Positions 10,145 to 19,057 of a stretch of 32,000 nt of DNA are shown piece after piece (within the stretch, counting starts at the first letter, position 1; each line of letters begins with the position of its first letter). Source of the stretch: Desulfotalea psychrophila LSv54 (GTDB lineage Bacteria; Desulfobacterota; Desulfobulbia; Desulfobulbales; Desulfocapsaceae); contig NC_006138.1 in assembly GCF_000025945.1 (NCBI RefSeq), forward strand, positions 2,580,001 to 2,612,000, read 5' to 3'. Both the position numbers and the translations under genes were made by a program. The notes beneath the pieces were generated by a model. It saw only the letters and a program-made list of their open reading frames with translations. It was not told the DNA's origin and ran no database searches.

Positions 10145-10665
10145 CTAATTATTTTTTCTTTGGTCGATTTTTTCCCTCTGCAAATTTAGAGCCGTTACAA
10201 AGTTTTTTAAATCCTTTACATGCCAGGCAACCGCATTCAATACACCACCCTCATCTTGAAATTCTATCTTAAGTAAGTGCGTGTTAATCGATTTGCCTAA
10301 AAAGCTCGAAGGCGTCACACACCTTTTTATTTTTTAAGAGGAATACACAGTTCCATCCTGGGATGTAATCTTAAAAAATACAATTCACTCTAGACAAGGA
10401 CAAGAACACCTTTGCCTCTGACTTGCTTCCCCTTGAACGATTCCATACCAAAATACTCAGCAAAATTATCATGGCATAGAATGTCTCCAGAGCTGTATCT
10501 TTTAGCTAAAGTCTCACGATATCCTTTACGGATCTTATGCATTTCCAGAAAAAGCATCACAAATCCAACCACAAGCAGCACGGCTATGGCAGCCATAGAA
10601 TCGTTGCAGTGCTGTTTAACCAAGACACCCCTATACCTGATGCTCCAAAATCCATTTCCCCTCAC
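10145..10665 (-). pseudogene. Decayed gene for a small membrane-anchored PH-like domain protein (two in-frame stops and one frameshift)
   Basis: ORF 10390..10665 ends ...FAEYFGMESFKGKQVRGKGVLVLV*; the same frame continues SELYFLRLHPRMELCIPLKK*; a shifted frame continues CVTPSSFLGKSINTHLLKIEFQDEGGVLNAVAWHVKDLKNFVTALNLQREKIDQRKNN* ending at 10145. Confidence 0.65.
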
Positions 10666-10809
10666 CTTATTTATAAATGTACGAGCCTATCATTACCTTA
10701 CACGTATGCCTATCAAAAACTCATCGTAGTTTTCACATAAGCAGTCTACTAATGATAGTAGTTAATCGGTGTTTGAATAAAAAACATCATCGAAGAAGGC
10801 CAACAGTTT

Positions 10810-11928
10810 TTATTTGTGTAGCAAGGTCGTCTGTTTAACTAATTTTTCAACATAATCTTCGGCGCCATCGAAATGATATGTTATGCTCCGATTACCAAAA
10901 AAACGTTTCCAGTGTTTCTCGACCGCTTCTTTAGCATCGGGATTCTTACAAGAATCAACAACCTCAATCTCTACGTTTTTCCGAGCCATTCGTGAAAGCA
11001 ATTGTTTCATTTCAAAATCTGCACTTGATAAAGAGTAACCAATAAAGACTAATCTTGAAGCTTCTGATATTTCTATACCTGCATTTTGCCAAATAATCTT
11101 ATATTGAGGGTTCGATAAGTCTTTAATAAAAGTAGGCATTATAAGGTTTGAAACAAGAACATGGTTTCCTTTTTCTTCAGAAAAATTTATATCGCAATGT
11201 CGGCATGACTTCGGATCTTTAAAATTATGTATTCCTTCTTTTGTGTTAAAAGTTGCGTATATCCTCATACATCTTGGGCACTGCAACCAATTCAAAGAAC
11301 CATGCAGTTTTAACAACTTAACGTTAAAGCCTCCAGTGCCAAGTATTTCTAAGCCTGGTTTAATAGAGTCATCATCTTTATTTTTGGAGCTGATATAACA
11401 ACAGTAGTCTACAACAGCATTATATTTACCCTCACGAATAGAGTCGTTAATTGAATTATCAAGTAATATATCCCAGTTAGCACTGATAACACTCACGGGA
11501 TCTTTTTCATGATATGCCCCTGACATTCTAACTGACGATTTTTCAGTTAAGTATCGTGCAAATTTATTTATGTACTCTTTGGAAACAGATGGGTCATTAA
11601 GAATCAGTAAAATGGTTTGGCCCACAACATAAAATATTGCCTCTCGAACTTCCATAATTTCCCCAAAGCCAATACCTCGATATTGAATACTGTCACTAAA
11701 ACATCGATCAAGAGGAGTAAAAATGTCTTCTAATTCAACATTTGAAAATTGCTCTTCAGCAATATTTAATTGCTTAATTAAAAAATTCTTGAATAGCTCA
11801 AATCTCTTTTCGTCATAATTTGATGAATTTTCGGTATAGAGCTCAAAAGCTTTACCAATTAGTGAAGCTTGAGTTGGTGCTCCCGCTTCTACTGAAAATC
11901 CTGCACCTAAGATATAAACAGTTTTCAT
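10810..11928 (-). CDS. Stand-alone SIR2-like (sirtuin-fold) protein with zinc-ribbon insert
   Basis: YILGAGFSVEAGAPTQASLI NAD-binding motif, ISANWDILLDN, KLLKLHGSLNWLQCPRC...CRHC, FIGYSLSSADFEMKQLL. Likely start MKTVYILGAG at 11928. Confidence 0.87.
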   Translation of the reverse strand: MKTVYILGAGFSVEAGAPTQASLIGKAFELYTENSSNYDEKRFELFKNFLIKQLNIAEEQFSNVELEDIFTPLDRCFSDSIQYRGIGFGEIMEVREAIFYVVGQTILLILNDPSVSKEYINKFARYLTEKSSVRMSGAYHEKDPVSVISANWDILLDNSINDSIREGKYNAVVDYCCYISSKNKDDDSIKPGLEILGTGGFNVKLLKLHGSLNWLQCPRCMRIYATFNTKEGIHNFKDPKSCRHCDINFSEEKGNHVLVSNLIMPTFIKDLSNPQYKIIWQNAGIEISEASRLVFIGYSLSSADFEMKQLLSRMARKNVEIEVVDSCKNPDAKEAVEKHWKRFFGNRSITYHFDGAEDYVEKLVKQTTLLHK

Positions 11929-12085
11929 TATTTTCCTCTTATCTTTCGGACAACATTCAACCATTTTGCAGTAACTATCTGAAAATACTAACTCTACCCA
12001 AAATAGGCAAGGGATGTCTCTAACTGATTACTGGATGAAAAATGGCGAAGGTCGGACAAGGTCTGCGCTGGGAACAAAACGGGCC

Positions 12086-12390
12086 TCTGCCCCACCACAA
12101 TGGGCAGAACAGAGAAGAGATCTAGCATTAAGATGATGCCAAATTTTGCCAGAAGAACGCGCACGGACAGAAAGGTGAGTCCGCCCATCAGATTAAGAAG
12201 GGCTGAGTTGCGTAAGTTACCAGTTCGCCTGTTTAGAAGGTAGAGAGTGAGGGCAATAATCAGGGGAAAAAAAACTGCCCTTAGGACCGAGCATACTGAA
12301 TATGCATCCGGAAAAGACGACCCCATATCCGAGAGAAAAATAGGCCCCATCCATAAAGATGGGAGAGAAGGAGGCGGGTCAGAGGGTGAG
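12086..12390 (-). pseudogene. Truncated, internally deleted copy of the 3' end of the Nramp-like gene at 16269..17516
   Basis: Encodes LIIALTLYLLNRRTGNLRNSALLNLMGGLTFL...LLAKFGI, nearly identical to LIIAIILYLLNRRTGSLRNSALLNLMGGLTFLVTSFLAVRFLLAKFGIM; DNA similarity extends past the stop (CCTCTGCCCC..ATGGGCAGAACAGAG) and upstream to TATCCGAGAGAAAAATAGGCCCCATCCATAAAG. Confidence 0.88.
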
Positions 12391-12475
12391 CAACCCCCCG
12401 TGCCGGACGCCTAGGTCGTTCACAGCCCGCATAGGTCGTTGATCTCCTACCAATCTATGTTTTTTCAATAAATTA

Positions 12476-13729
12476 TTATTGAAGTGAACCTAATCTGTAT
12501 TCTTCAAATGTGTGGGCTTGGCACTGTAAAACTAAATCATTAATTTCATATTTATGCTGTTCAATTACCTCAAACATATCAGGAGAAATTGATGCTGACA
12601 TATTATCCCTGATAATATCGAACGCTACATCAACGGATAAGCTTTCTCGATAAGGTCTTTCTTCCATTAGCGCAGAAATTATATCTGAGCATGATAAAAT
12701 CTTCACGCCTTCATCAAGACTTGTATCATCTAATGAAAATGGATATCCCGTTCCATCAGATTTTTCATGATGCCGCTCAGCCCACGTTACAATTTCACTA
12801 AACCAATCAGAAGTATTAAGTTCATTCAAGATTTGCCCCGTATAATAAGCATGTAATTTAATTAAATTAAATTCCTCATCATTAAGGGGACCATTTTTTT
12901 CGATTAACCTGGGGTCAATTCCAATTTTGCCAATATCATGCAGGTACCCAGCAATCAATAATTTTTTACATTTTTCTTCAGAAAACCCAAAATATCCACC
13001 AATTAAAGAGGATAGATGCGCGACTGTATATGAATGCGATGCGGTAAATTTACTGCGAAAGTCAATTATTCTTGACATTGTCAAGGTAAACTCTATAATA
13101 TCGTCAATTGTAAGCTCAAAATCAATTGCTCCAAAATCGATCTTTCTAAGTAGTTGCTCCATCTCCAAATTATTCATTTCAATCCAGAATATATCTGCTT
13201 TTGACACTTCCTCAAATGCTTTAAAAACTTCAGGATGAAAGGTTGTTTCCGCTTTTTCACGAATTTTTTCTGTAACCATACTTTTTTGATTTGTAATAAA
13301 TTCGTTAGGGGAGACCAGTATATCAACCCTGTCAGCAAGATGAATAATATGGCTTTGTAATAATATTTCTCCCTCTTCCGCATTTAATGAATCTTGATAC
13401 TTGATGTGATGATGCTTGATAATTTGGGAAATGTTCTTAAACACATCAAGCGATGCCAACATACGGTATCCCATCATACAATGCGGAGCTGGATTTATGA
13501 CATCCTCCTGAACAATCATATCTCGTTCCTGCACAGATAAGGCACCAATATCATGAAGCGCTGCCGCAATAACAAGTTCCACTAACTCAGTATTATTTAA
13601 GTTGAGTTTTTTTCCAATATAATATGAAACGACCGCAGTTCTTCTATGGTGCGATTTCAGCAGATAATTAAAACTATCAATAGATTTAATCATTGGTACA
13701 GCTAATTCTCTTAAGGATAACTTTTTCAT
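12476..13729 (-). CDS. Tandem HD / HD-GYP domain protein, probable cyclic-di-GMP phosphodiesterase or related signalling hydrolase
   Basis: First HD domain ...SHHRRTAVVSYY...AAALHDIGAL; second domain FTASHSYTVAHLSS...AGYLHDIGKIGIDP...RHHEKSDGTGYPFSL with HD-GYP signature. Confidence 0.9.
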   Translation of the reverse strand: MKKLSLRELAVPMIKSIDSFNYLLKSHHRRTAVVSYYIGKKLNLNNTELVELVIAAALHDIGALSVQERDMIVQEDVINPAPHCMMGYRMLASLDVFKNISQIIKHHHIKYQDSLNAEEGEILLQSHIIHLADRVDILVSPNEFITNQKSMVTEKIREKAETTFHPEVFKAFEEVSKADIFWIEMNNLEMEQLLRKIDFGAIDFELTIDDIIEFTLTMSRIIDFRSKFTASHSYTVAHLSSLIGGYFGFSEEKCKKLLIAGYLHDIGKIGIDPRLIEKNGPLNDEEFNLIKLHAYYTGQILNELNTSDWFSEIVTWAERHHEKSDGTGYPFSLDDTSLDEGVKILSCSDIISALMEERPYRESLSVDVAFDIIRDNMSASISPDMFEVIEQHKYEINDLVLQCQAHTFEEYRLGSLQ

Positions 13730-13937
13730 GTTATGTTTCCTAAAATTCTAGAGGGCAAGAACAATGCTTGCCCCTTAAAAAGCATTCTATTTTATGATAT
13801 CAGGACACTAAAAACTGAGTTCAAGTAATAAATGCGCCATTCCTTCAGCAATAAAATCCTATTTAACCTCCTCATTCTGGTAAAACAAATTCACGTTCTC
13901 CCAGAATTATCGGAAGGGATTCAGTTATTACAAGCGC

Positions 13938-15584
13938 CTACTTTATATTAAATTCCTTAACCAAGACAGAGAGCTTATCTGCTGATCTATTAAGATCTTT
14001 GGCATTGGCAGCAACCAGCGTACTGGATTCATTCATTGCAGTAGACTTTAAATCAACCTCTGAGATATCATTTGCAACCTCTCCAGCCACAGCTGAACTC
14101 TGAGATATATTTTTAGTCACTTCCTGGATACCTTCGGAAGCCTGGGCAACATTGATCGAAATTTCTTGGGTAGTGGCTGCCTGCTCATCCATAGCCACCG
14201 CAATATTCCCTACTATTTCATCTACTTCGTTTATAGTATTGGCAATGCCACTTATTTCAGTCACCGTCAGTGATGTTGATGATTGAATTGCTTCAATTTT
14301 AATACGAATATCTCCTGTTGCATCAGCAGTCTGTTTGGCCAAGTTTTTTATTTCATTGGCAACAACAGCAAATCCTTTTCCTGCTTCACCTGCTCTAGCG
14401 GCCTCAATGGTTGCGTTTAACGCCAACAAGTTGGTCTGGTCAGATATTTCCGTTATTGTCTCAGTCACTTTACCAATTTCATTGGCAGCATTTCCAAGTT
14501 CGTTTATACGCTCTGAGGCCTGTTTAGATTGATTAACAGCAGCACCAGTTATATTACGGGCATTTTCTGTATTGCTAGATATTGTAATAATATTTTCTGT
14601 TATTTCTTGTACCGAGTCCGCCATGATAGCTACATTTGTCGAGGTCTCCTCAACAGCAGCAGCGACTGAATCCATATTAGAGCTCAATTGTTCAGCCGCA
14701 GCCGCAACAGAACTTGAACGCTCTGCAACACCCCCCGCCCCCCGAGAAACTTCTGACGCTGCTTTTGATAACTCTTCAGATGTTTCACCAAGTTCTTTGG
14801 AGGTGATCCTGATTCCCCTAATCATTTTTTCAAGATTAGCAGCCATACAATCAAGGCTTACTCCAATTTGTCCAAGCTCGTCATCACCAGTTATCCCAGA
14901 CTCGACCGTCAAATTACCATTTCCTAAAAGTTCTGAAAATTTATTTACCTTATTCAGTCTCAAAACTATAGAGGAGGTAAGCATAAAGGCTCGGACAAAA
15001 ATTATCGCTCCTAATACAGCCAGCGTGATTTGTATTTTGAGCAACAAAAGCACCAACTCTTCAGCCTGAGCTTGCATCATACCAACAGCTTTATTCATTT
15101 CTTGCAGAATACGGATATTATCCGTTTTAATTGTTTTCCTATCAGTTTCTGAGGCAGTTCCCATAAGCGCCCTCTCTATTACAGGTGAAAACTGCTGCCA
15201 CAGTCTGTCCACTTTTGCCAATTGCCCTTTAGCTGGTTCCTGAGCAATAGGGCAATCTCGATACAAAGTATCCCTGAGGTCAAGAGATAAAGGCGCTCTC
15301 CCGGAATTTTCAAGAGCCGTTAGAGTCATAGAAAAGACCTTCATCGTCGACCGGACTTGGGCAGCGGCATTTTTTTTGGACTCTACTGCTTGGCTGGGGA
15401 TGATTGAGAATTGCAGAAACTCTTTCGTCATCTTTTGTGAAAGCATCCTTTGCCGGCCAGCAAGATTTATCACTAATCCATCATTTTTTTGTTTGTTCGT
15501 AATAGAGAAAGTAGCCAAAAACATAGCAACTATAATGACAGCTAAAGAGACTGTTATTAGCTTTAATTTCAAGTTAATACTCAT
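13938..15584 (-). CDS. Methyl-accepting chemotaxis protein with N-terminal type IV pili/PilJ-like sensor domain
   Basis: [17 protein letters not shown] PilJ-like motif; HAMP-like region; highly conserved MCP hairpin [42 protein letters not shown]. Confidence 0.95.
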   Translation of the reverse strand: MSINLKLKLITVSLAVIIVAMFLATFSITNKQKNDGLVINLAGRQRMLSQKMTKEFLQFSIIPSQAVESKKNAAAQVRSTMKVFSMTLTALENSGRAPLSLDLRDTLYRDCPIAQEPAKGQLAKVDRLWQQFSPVIERALMGTASETDRKTIKTDNIRILQEMNKAVGMMQAQAEELVLLLLKIQITLAVLGAIIFVRAFMLTSSIVLRLNKVNKFSELLGNGNLTVESGITGDDELGQIGVSLDCMAANLEKMIRGIRITSKELGETSEELSKAASEVSRGAGGVAERSSSVAAAAEQLSSNMDSVAAAVEETSTNVAIMADSVQEITENIITISSNTENARNITGAAVNQSKQASERINELGNAANEIGKVTETITEISDQTNLLALNATIEAARAGEAGKGFAVVANEIKNLAKQTADATGDIRIKIEAIQSSTSLTVTEISGIANTINEVDEIVGNIAVAMDEQAATTQEISINVAQASEGIQEVTKNISQSSAVAGEVANDISEVDLKSTAMNESSTLVAANAKDLNRSADKLSVLVKEFNIK

Positions 15585-16209
15585 TTTTTTTCCTGTAAAA
15601 AAGATTATGCTTTATTAGATAGTGTTAACCAAATCAGTGGTAAATCCCCTGAGGTAACAGATCCTTGATTGCAAATTAAGTGGGCTGAGGAGGCATTGCG
15701 ACAACAGTGAAATGAGCCAAAGACTTGATGGGAAAATCTGGACAAATCATCGCGAGAAAGGTGCAAAGGTGAATAGAGGATTAATACAGAGCAAGTTATA
15801 AGAAAATATCTCGCATTGGCTGATCAGCAGAGGCTATCATTTTACGTATGCGTATAAAAATTTTTGAGGCAAAAAGTCGTGCTATTCTAACATCTTTTGC
15901 CGTATTCAGGAAGACAAAAATCAAGATGATGGATTGAACAAGACTGAGTTCAAGCAATACACCTATCAGTAAGTGCTTATAACAGTGTCAGTCCTTCTAA
16001 AATTTTTCTTCTTTTTCAAATTAAGTATGTTTCACTTGCCACCTCTTGACTGCCAAGATTGGCAAGCAAGAGGGCAACAATTCGCTCCCTGTAGCCACAG
16101 CAACGAGCTATCGGCTCAAGGCAGACTCCACCTGCAAGAGAGGTGTTTGGCCAAAGCAAACAATTCTTATCGTTTTTCATGCTATTTCCAGCCACAGAAA
16201 CAAGGCCAG

Positions 16210-16249
16210 CCTCTGCCCCCATAGTGGGCGGAACAGAGAGGGGCAGAGG
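16210..16249. repeat. Inverted repeat CCTCTGCCCC / GGGGCAGAGG downstream of the Nramp-like gene
   Basis: 10-bp perfect arms at 16210-16219 and 16240-16249, 20 bp downstream of the stop codon at 16269; possible transcript end structure, no clear U-tract. Confidence 0.6.
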
Positions 16250-16268
16250 AGTTAGAATGGGACGACAA

Positions 16269-17516
16269 TCACATGATGCCAAATTTTGCCAAAAGAAAGC
16301 GTACAGCCAGAAACGAGGTGACCAAAAAGGTGAGTCCACCCATCAAATTAAGAAGGGCTGAGTTGCGTAAGCTGCCAGTCCGTCTATTCAGAAGATAGAG
16401 AATAATGGCAATGATTAGGGGTGTACCGGTAAGACCTAAGGCCAGCATCAGAGGGAGGAGAAGGAAAAAGCTGCCCTTAACGAAAGGGCCGAGCATACTG
16501 AGCAGACATCCGGCAAAGACTACCCCGGCAAAACGTCTATCCTTAACATCGAGCTGCCAGCCCATCTTATCCGAGAGAAAATAGGCCCCGGCCATAAAGG
16601 TGGGAGAGAGGGTCGAGAGAGTGGCTGCCCAGAGGCCGACCATAAAGATCTTCATGGCGCTGTCACCCAGAAGGGGTTTAAGGGCCAAGGCCGCATCCGT
16701 TGCCCTCTTCACCGCAATTCCGTTGGGATGAAGGACAGCGACATCCACCAAAAAGATGGCCACACTGTAGAGACCAAAGGCCATACCCATGGAGGAAAAG
16801 GTATCAAAACGGGCCAGAGACAGATCTTTTATTTTCCAGCCCCTAGCATTGGTATTATAGGTATGCATGCCGATAATGGTGATATGAACGGCCCCACCCA
16901 TGATGGCCGCCATCATCAGGGCCGCATCGATTCCGCCGGGGAAATTGGGCAGGAGGCCCTCACCAATGGCCGGGAGAGAGAGATCCGCCATAAAGAGGGT
17001 GGCCATAAAACAGGCCACCACAAAGATCACCAAGACCTTGCACAGTGTTTCAAAGTTACGATATCCCCTCCGAACCAGAAAGAGGGCAACCAGAACTCCG
17101 TAGAGTACGCCCCAATACGGGGTGTCCACACCGGTAATGAGAGAGGTGACCCCAGCTAAGGCATTCATCAAAACCATGGCGGCAAGCCAGGTGGCCAAGA
17201 GGGCATCTATGGTCAAAATCCAGGCCCACCGTTTTCCCAGATGTTTTTCGGTGGCGGCAATGATTCCCATCCCCTCTAAAACACCCACCCGGGCAGCCAG
17301 GTACTGGGTCGTGGTGCCAAACACCGCACTGAGGATTACCACCCAGAGCATCTTATAGCCATAGGTCGCCCCGGCAATGGCAACACTGGCCAGGGTCGCA
17401 GGCCCGCAGGCCACGGCGCTGATAATCCAGGCAGGACCCATATTTTTAATATACCTACAGTATCTTTTTGGCAGAGAACCTGCCTCTTGCTGAGCTGTAC
17501 TTACTTCGTTTTGCAT
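16269..17516 (-). CDS. Nramp-fold membrane transporter, atypical (lacks canonical DPGN motif), under TPP riboswitch control
   Basis: MGPAWIISAVACGPATLASVAIAGATYGYKMLWVVILSAVFGTTTQYLAARVGVLEG...; overall Nramp-like hydrophobic pattern; ORF preceded by AAGGAG and the riboswitch at 17605..17697. Confidence 0.85.
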   Translation of the reverse strand: MQNEVSTAQQEAGSLPKRYCRYIKNMGPAWIISAVACGPATLASVAIAGATYGYKMLWVVILSAVFGTTTQYLAARVGVLEGMGIIAATEKHLGKRWAWILTIDALLATWLAAMVLMNALAGVTSLITGVDTPYWGVLYGVLVALFLVRRGYRNFETLCKVLVIFVVACFMATLFMADLSLPAIGEGLLPNFPGGIDAALMMAAIMGGAVHITIIGMHTYNTNARGWKIKDLSLARFDTFSSMGMAFGLYSVAIFLVDVAVLHPNGIAVKRATDAALALKPLLGDSAMKIFMVGLWAATLSTLSPTFMAGAYFLSDKMGWQLDVKDRRFAGVVFAGCLLSMLGPFVKGSFFLLLPLMLALGLTGTPLIIAIILYLLNRRTGSLRNSALLNLMGGLTFLVTSFLAVRFLLAKFGIM

Positions 17517-17604
17517 GGTCCATCTCCTTGAGTTGCCATGGGGGTTAGGCGGGGACTGGCACAGGAGATAGAGAAAGGCTCTGTCGGGCGGTCAGAAAAA
17601 TCCA

Positions 17605-17697
17605 ACAACAAAGGCGCTCTCCGAGTTCCCTGCGACAGTATGAGCTGTATCAGGTTCGATGGGTATAATCTCAGCCCTGCCGTACAGGACACCCCAA
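17605..17697 (-). promoter_or_regulatory. TPP riboswitch (thi-box)
   Basis: Reverse complement reads GGGGTGTCCTGTACGGCAGGGCTGAGATTATACCCATCGAACCTGATACAGCTCATACTGTCGCAGGGAACTC: has CTGAGA, ACCC..CGAACCTGAT and GCAGGGAA thi-box elements. Confidence 0.95.
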
Positions 17698-17867
17698 TCG
17701 GAATAAGGGACTACTAGTAACATATTAGAAAAAAAGCAATTTTTTTCTGCCCCCGCTTCTGGTCCTTACCTACCCAAAGACTCAGCCTATATACCTAAAA
17801 GAAATGCCAAGAAAAGGTTAGACCAGACAATCTATCAATGCCCTTACTCCATTAAATGGGCAACTAC

Positions 17868-17935
17868 CTTTTAGCCCCTAAATCTAGCCTTTATCTGCTC
17901 CCAGGCCTCTCTTTCTCAAGCAGGGCGTTCCATCG
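17868..17935 (-). pseudogene. Short remnant of the 3' end of a small membrane protein gene homologous to 20517..20732
   Basis: TTTTAGCCCCTAAATCTAGCCTTTATCTGCTCCCAGGCCTCTCTTTCTCAAGCAGGGCG matches CCTAGCCCTTGCCCTTAAATCTGGCCTTTATATGCTGCCAGGCCTCTTTACCCAAGAGGGCA at about 20515-20577. Confidence 0.65.
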
Positions 17936-18454
17936 GCAATAGATTGTCAGCACAACCCTTTAAATTAATAGAATATTCCACAGCTTCTAGGCGGACCATG
18001 CTTAAACCCTGACACTATTTATTAGCATGTTAACCTCTCTTTAAGAACCTGCCACTGACAAATCCTGCCTCTGTTTTTAATCTTTGTCATGAGTTCTGTC
18101 TGAGATAAAGATGCCCTTGGTAATGAAGAGTAGATTTGCTAAAATAAGTGCAACAAACTAACAACCAGGCATGAAAACCACGGCAACCATTACAGACAAG
18201 AACACCAAATGGAGACAGAGAGATTGTGTTATTTCGCCACTTATCTCCTCTCCAGAATTACAAAAAACAAGGAGGTATTTCGTCCAAACATTTGCCGATA
18301 TATAACAAGAGAAAAGAAAGTAGATGAAACGAAAACCCCCAATAGAACAGACAAGAAAAAGGACGGACGAGAGATTTTTTTCACTTAATTCAACACCAAG
18401 AAAGGGATCGTGATGCCAAAACGTTGACTATGGTAGAATGTGGTTTTTTTAATG

Positions 18455-18970
18455 TTCTGATATGGCTACATGTCTTGCCGTTTTTGCGGTGGTACTGACG
18501 AGGTAAGACGGCACGGCAAGGACAGTAATGGAAATCAAAGATTTCGGTGTTCAGATTGCAAGCGAACCTTCCAGCTAGAGTACCCTTATGTAGCCGATCG
18601 GCATGAAAGATATAGTCCTGGCAATGCTGGTATACGTGATACTGCAAGAGTTCTTAAAGTGGGCTGCATGGGTCTTACCCGTTTTAGAAAACTCAATCCA
18701 AGACAAGTAACTAGGTTCACAGATAAAGTTAAAGACATAGAACTGATTTGTGATGTCACCATGGGCATTTGTTAAAGATAAGAAAAATCAAAGGTGGCTC
18801 TGGTACGCGTGGGAACCACCCTAGGCGATCATCGCCCATGCTTTCGACAAGAGAAATACCGAAGCATTCAAGTTACTTCTGGGATTGTCAGCACCTTACT
18901 ATATAAGATTTTTCTGCACTGACAATTTTACTAAACAACAATTTGGCAACACGACCCTCTGCTACTTAAC
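18455..18970 (+). mobile_element. IS1-family transposase remnant (InsA/InsB-like), frameshifted and truncated
   Basis: ORF MSCRFCGGTDEVRRHGKDSNGNQRFRCSDCKRTFQLEYPY...GIRDTARVLKVGCMGLTRFRKLNPRQVT matches InsA pattern; next frame reads MSPWAFVKDKKNQRWLWYAWEPP*AIIAHAFDKRNTEAFKLLLGLSAPYYIRFFCTDNF, an InsB pattern with an internal stop. Confidence 0.88.
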
Positions 18971-19057
18971 CTGGTACGAACTTTTTGCATCCAACATTAT
19001 TCAACAAAACAATTCAGAACAGTGCCTGCATTAAAAAATAACACTCTGAAAAGTAGC

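Noticed and set aside
12411-12440. Direct repeat TAGGTCGTT with 20-bp spacing
   Set aside because: Only two short copies, no regular array; not a CRISPR and too short to interpret.
13811-15965. Shared word ACTGAGTTCAAG near 13812 and 15950 flanking the MCP gene, considered as insertion-site duplication
   Set aside because: Only about 12 bp identical with little flanking similarity; could be chance.
15640-15970. Possible additional gene remnant upstream of the MCP gene
   Set aside because: Translated by eye in selected frames; no convincing protein family pattern.
17501-17692. 63-aa ORF on the - strand
   Set aside because: Coincides with the TPP riboswitch and leader; not a plausible leader peptide by itself.
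18390-18768. ORFs 18390..18647 and 18586..18768 on the - strand
   Set aside because: Antisense to the IS1-family remnant with no recognisable content.
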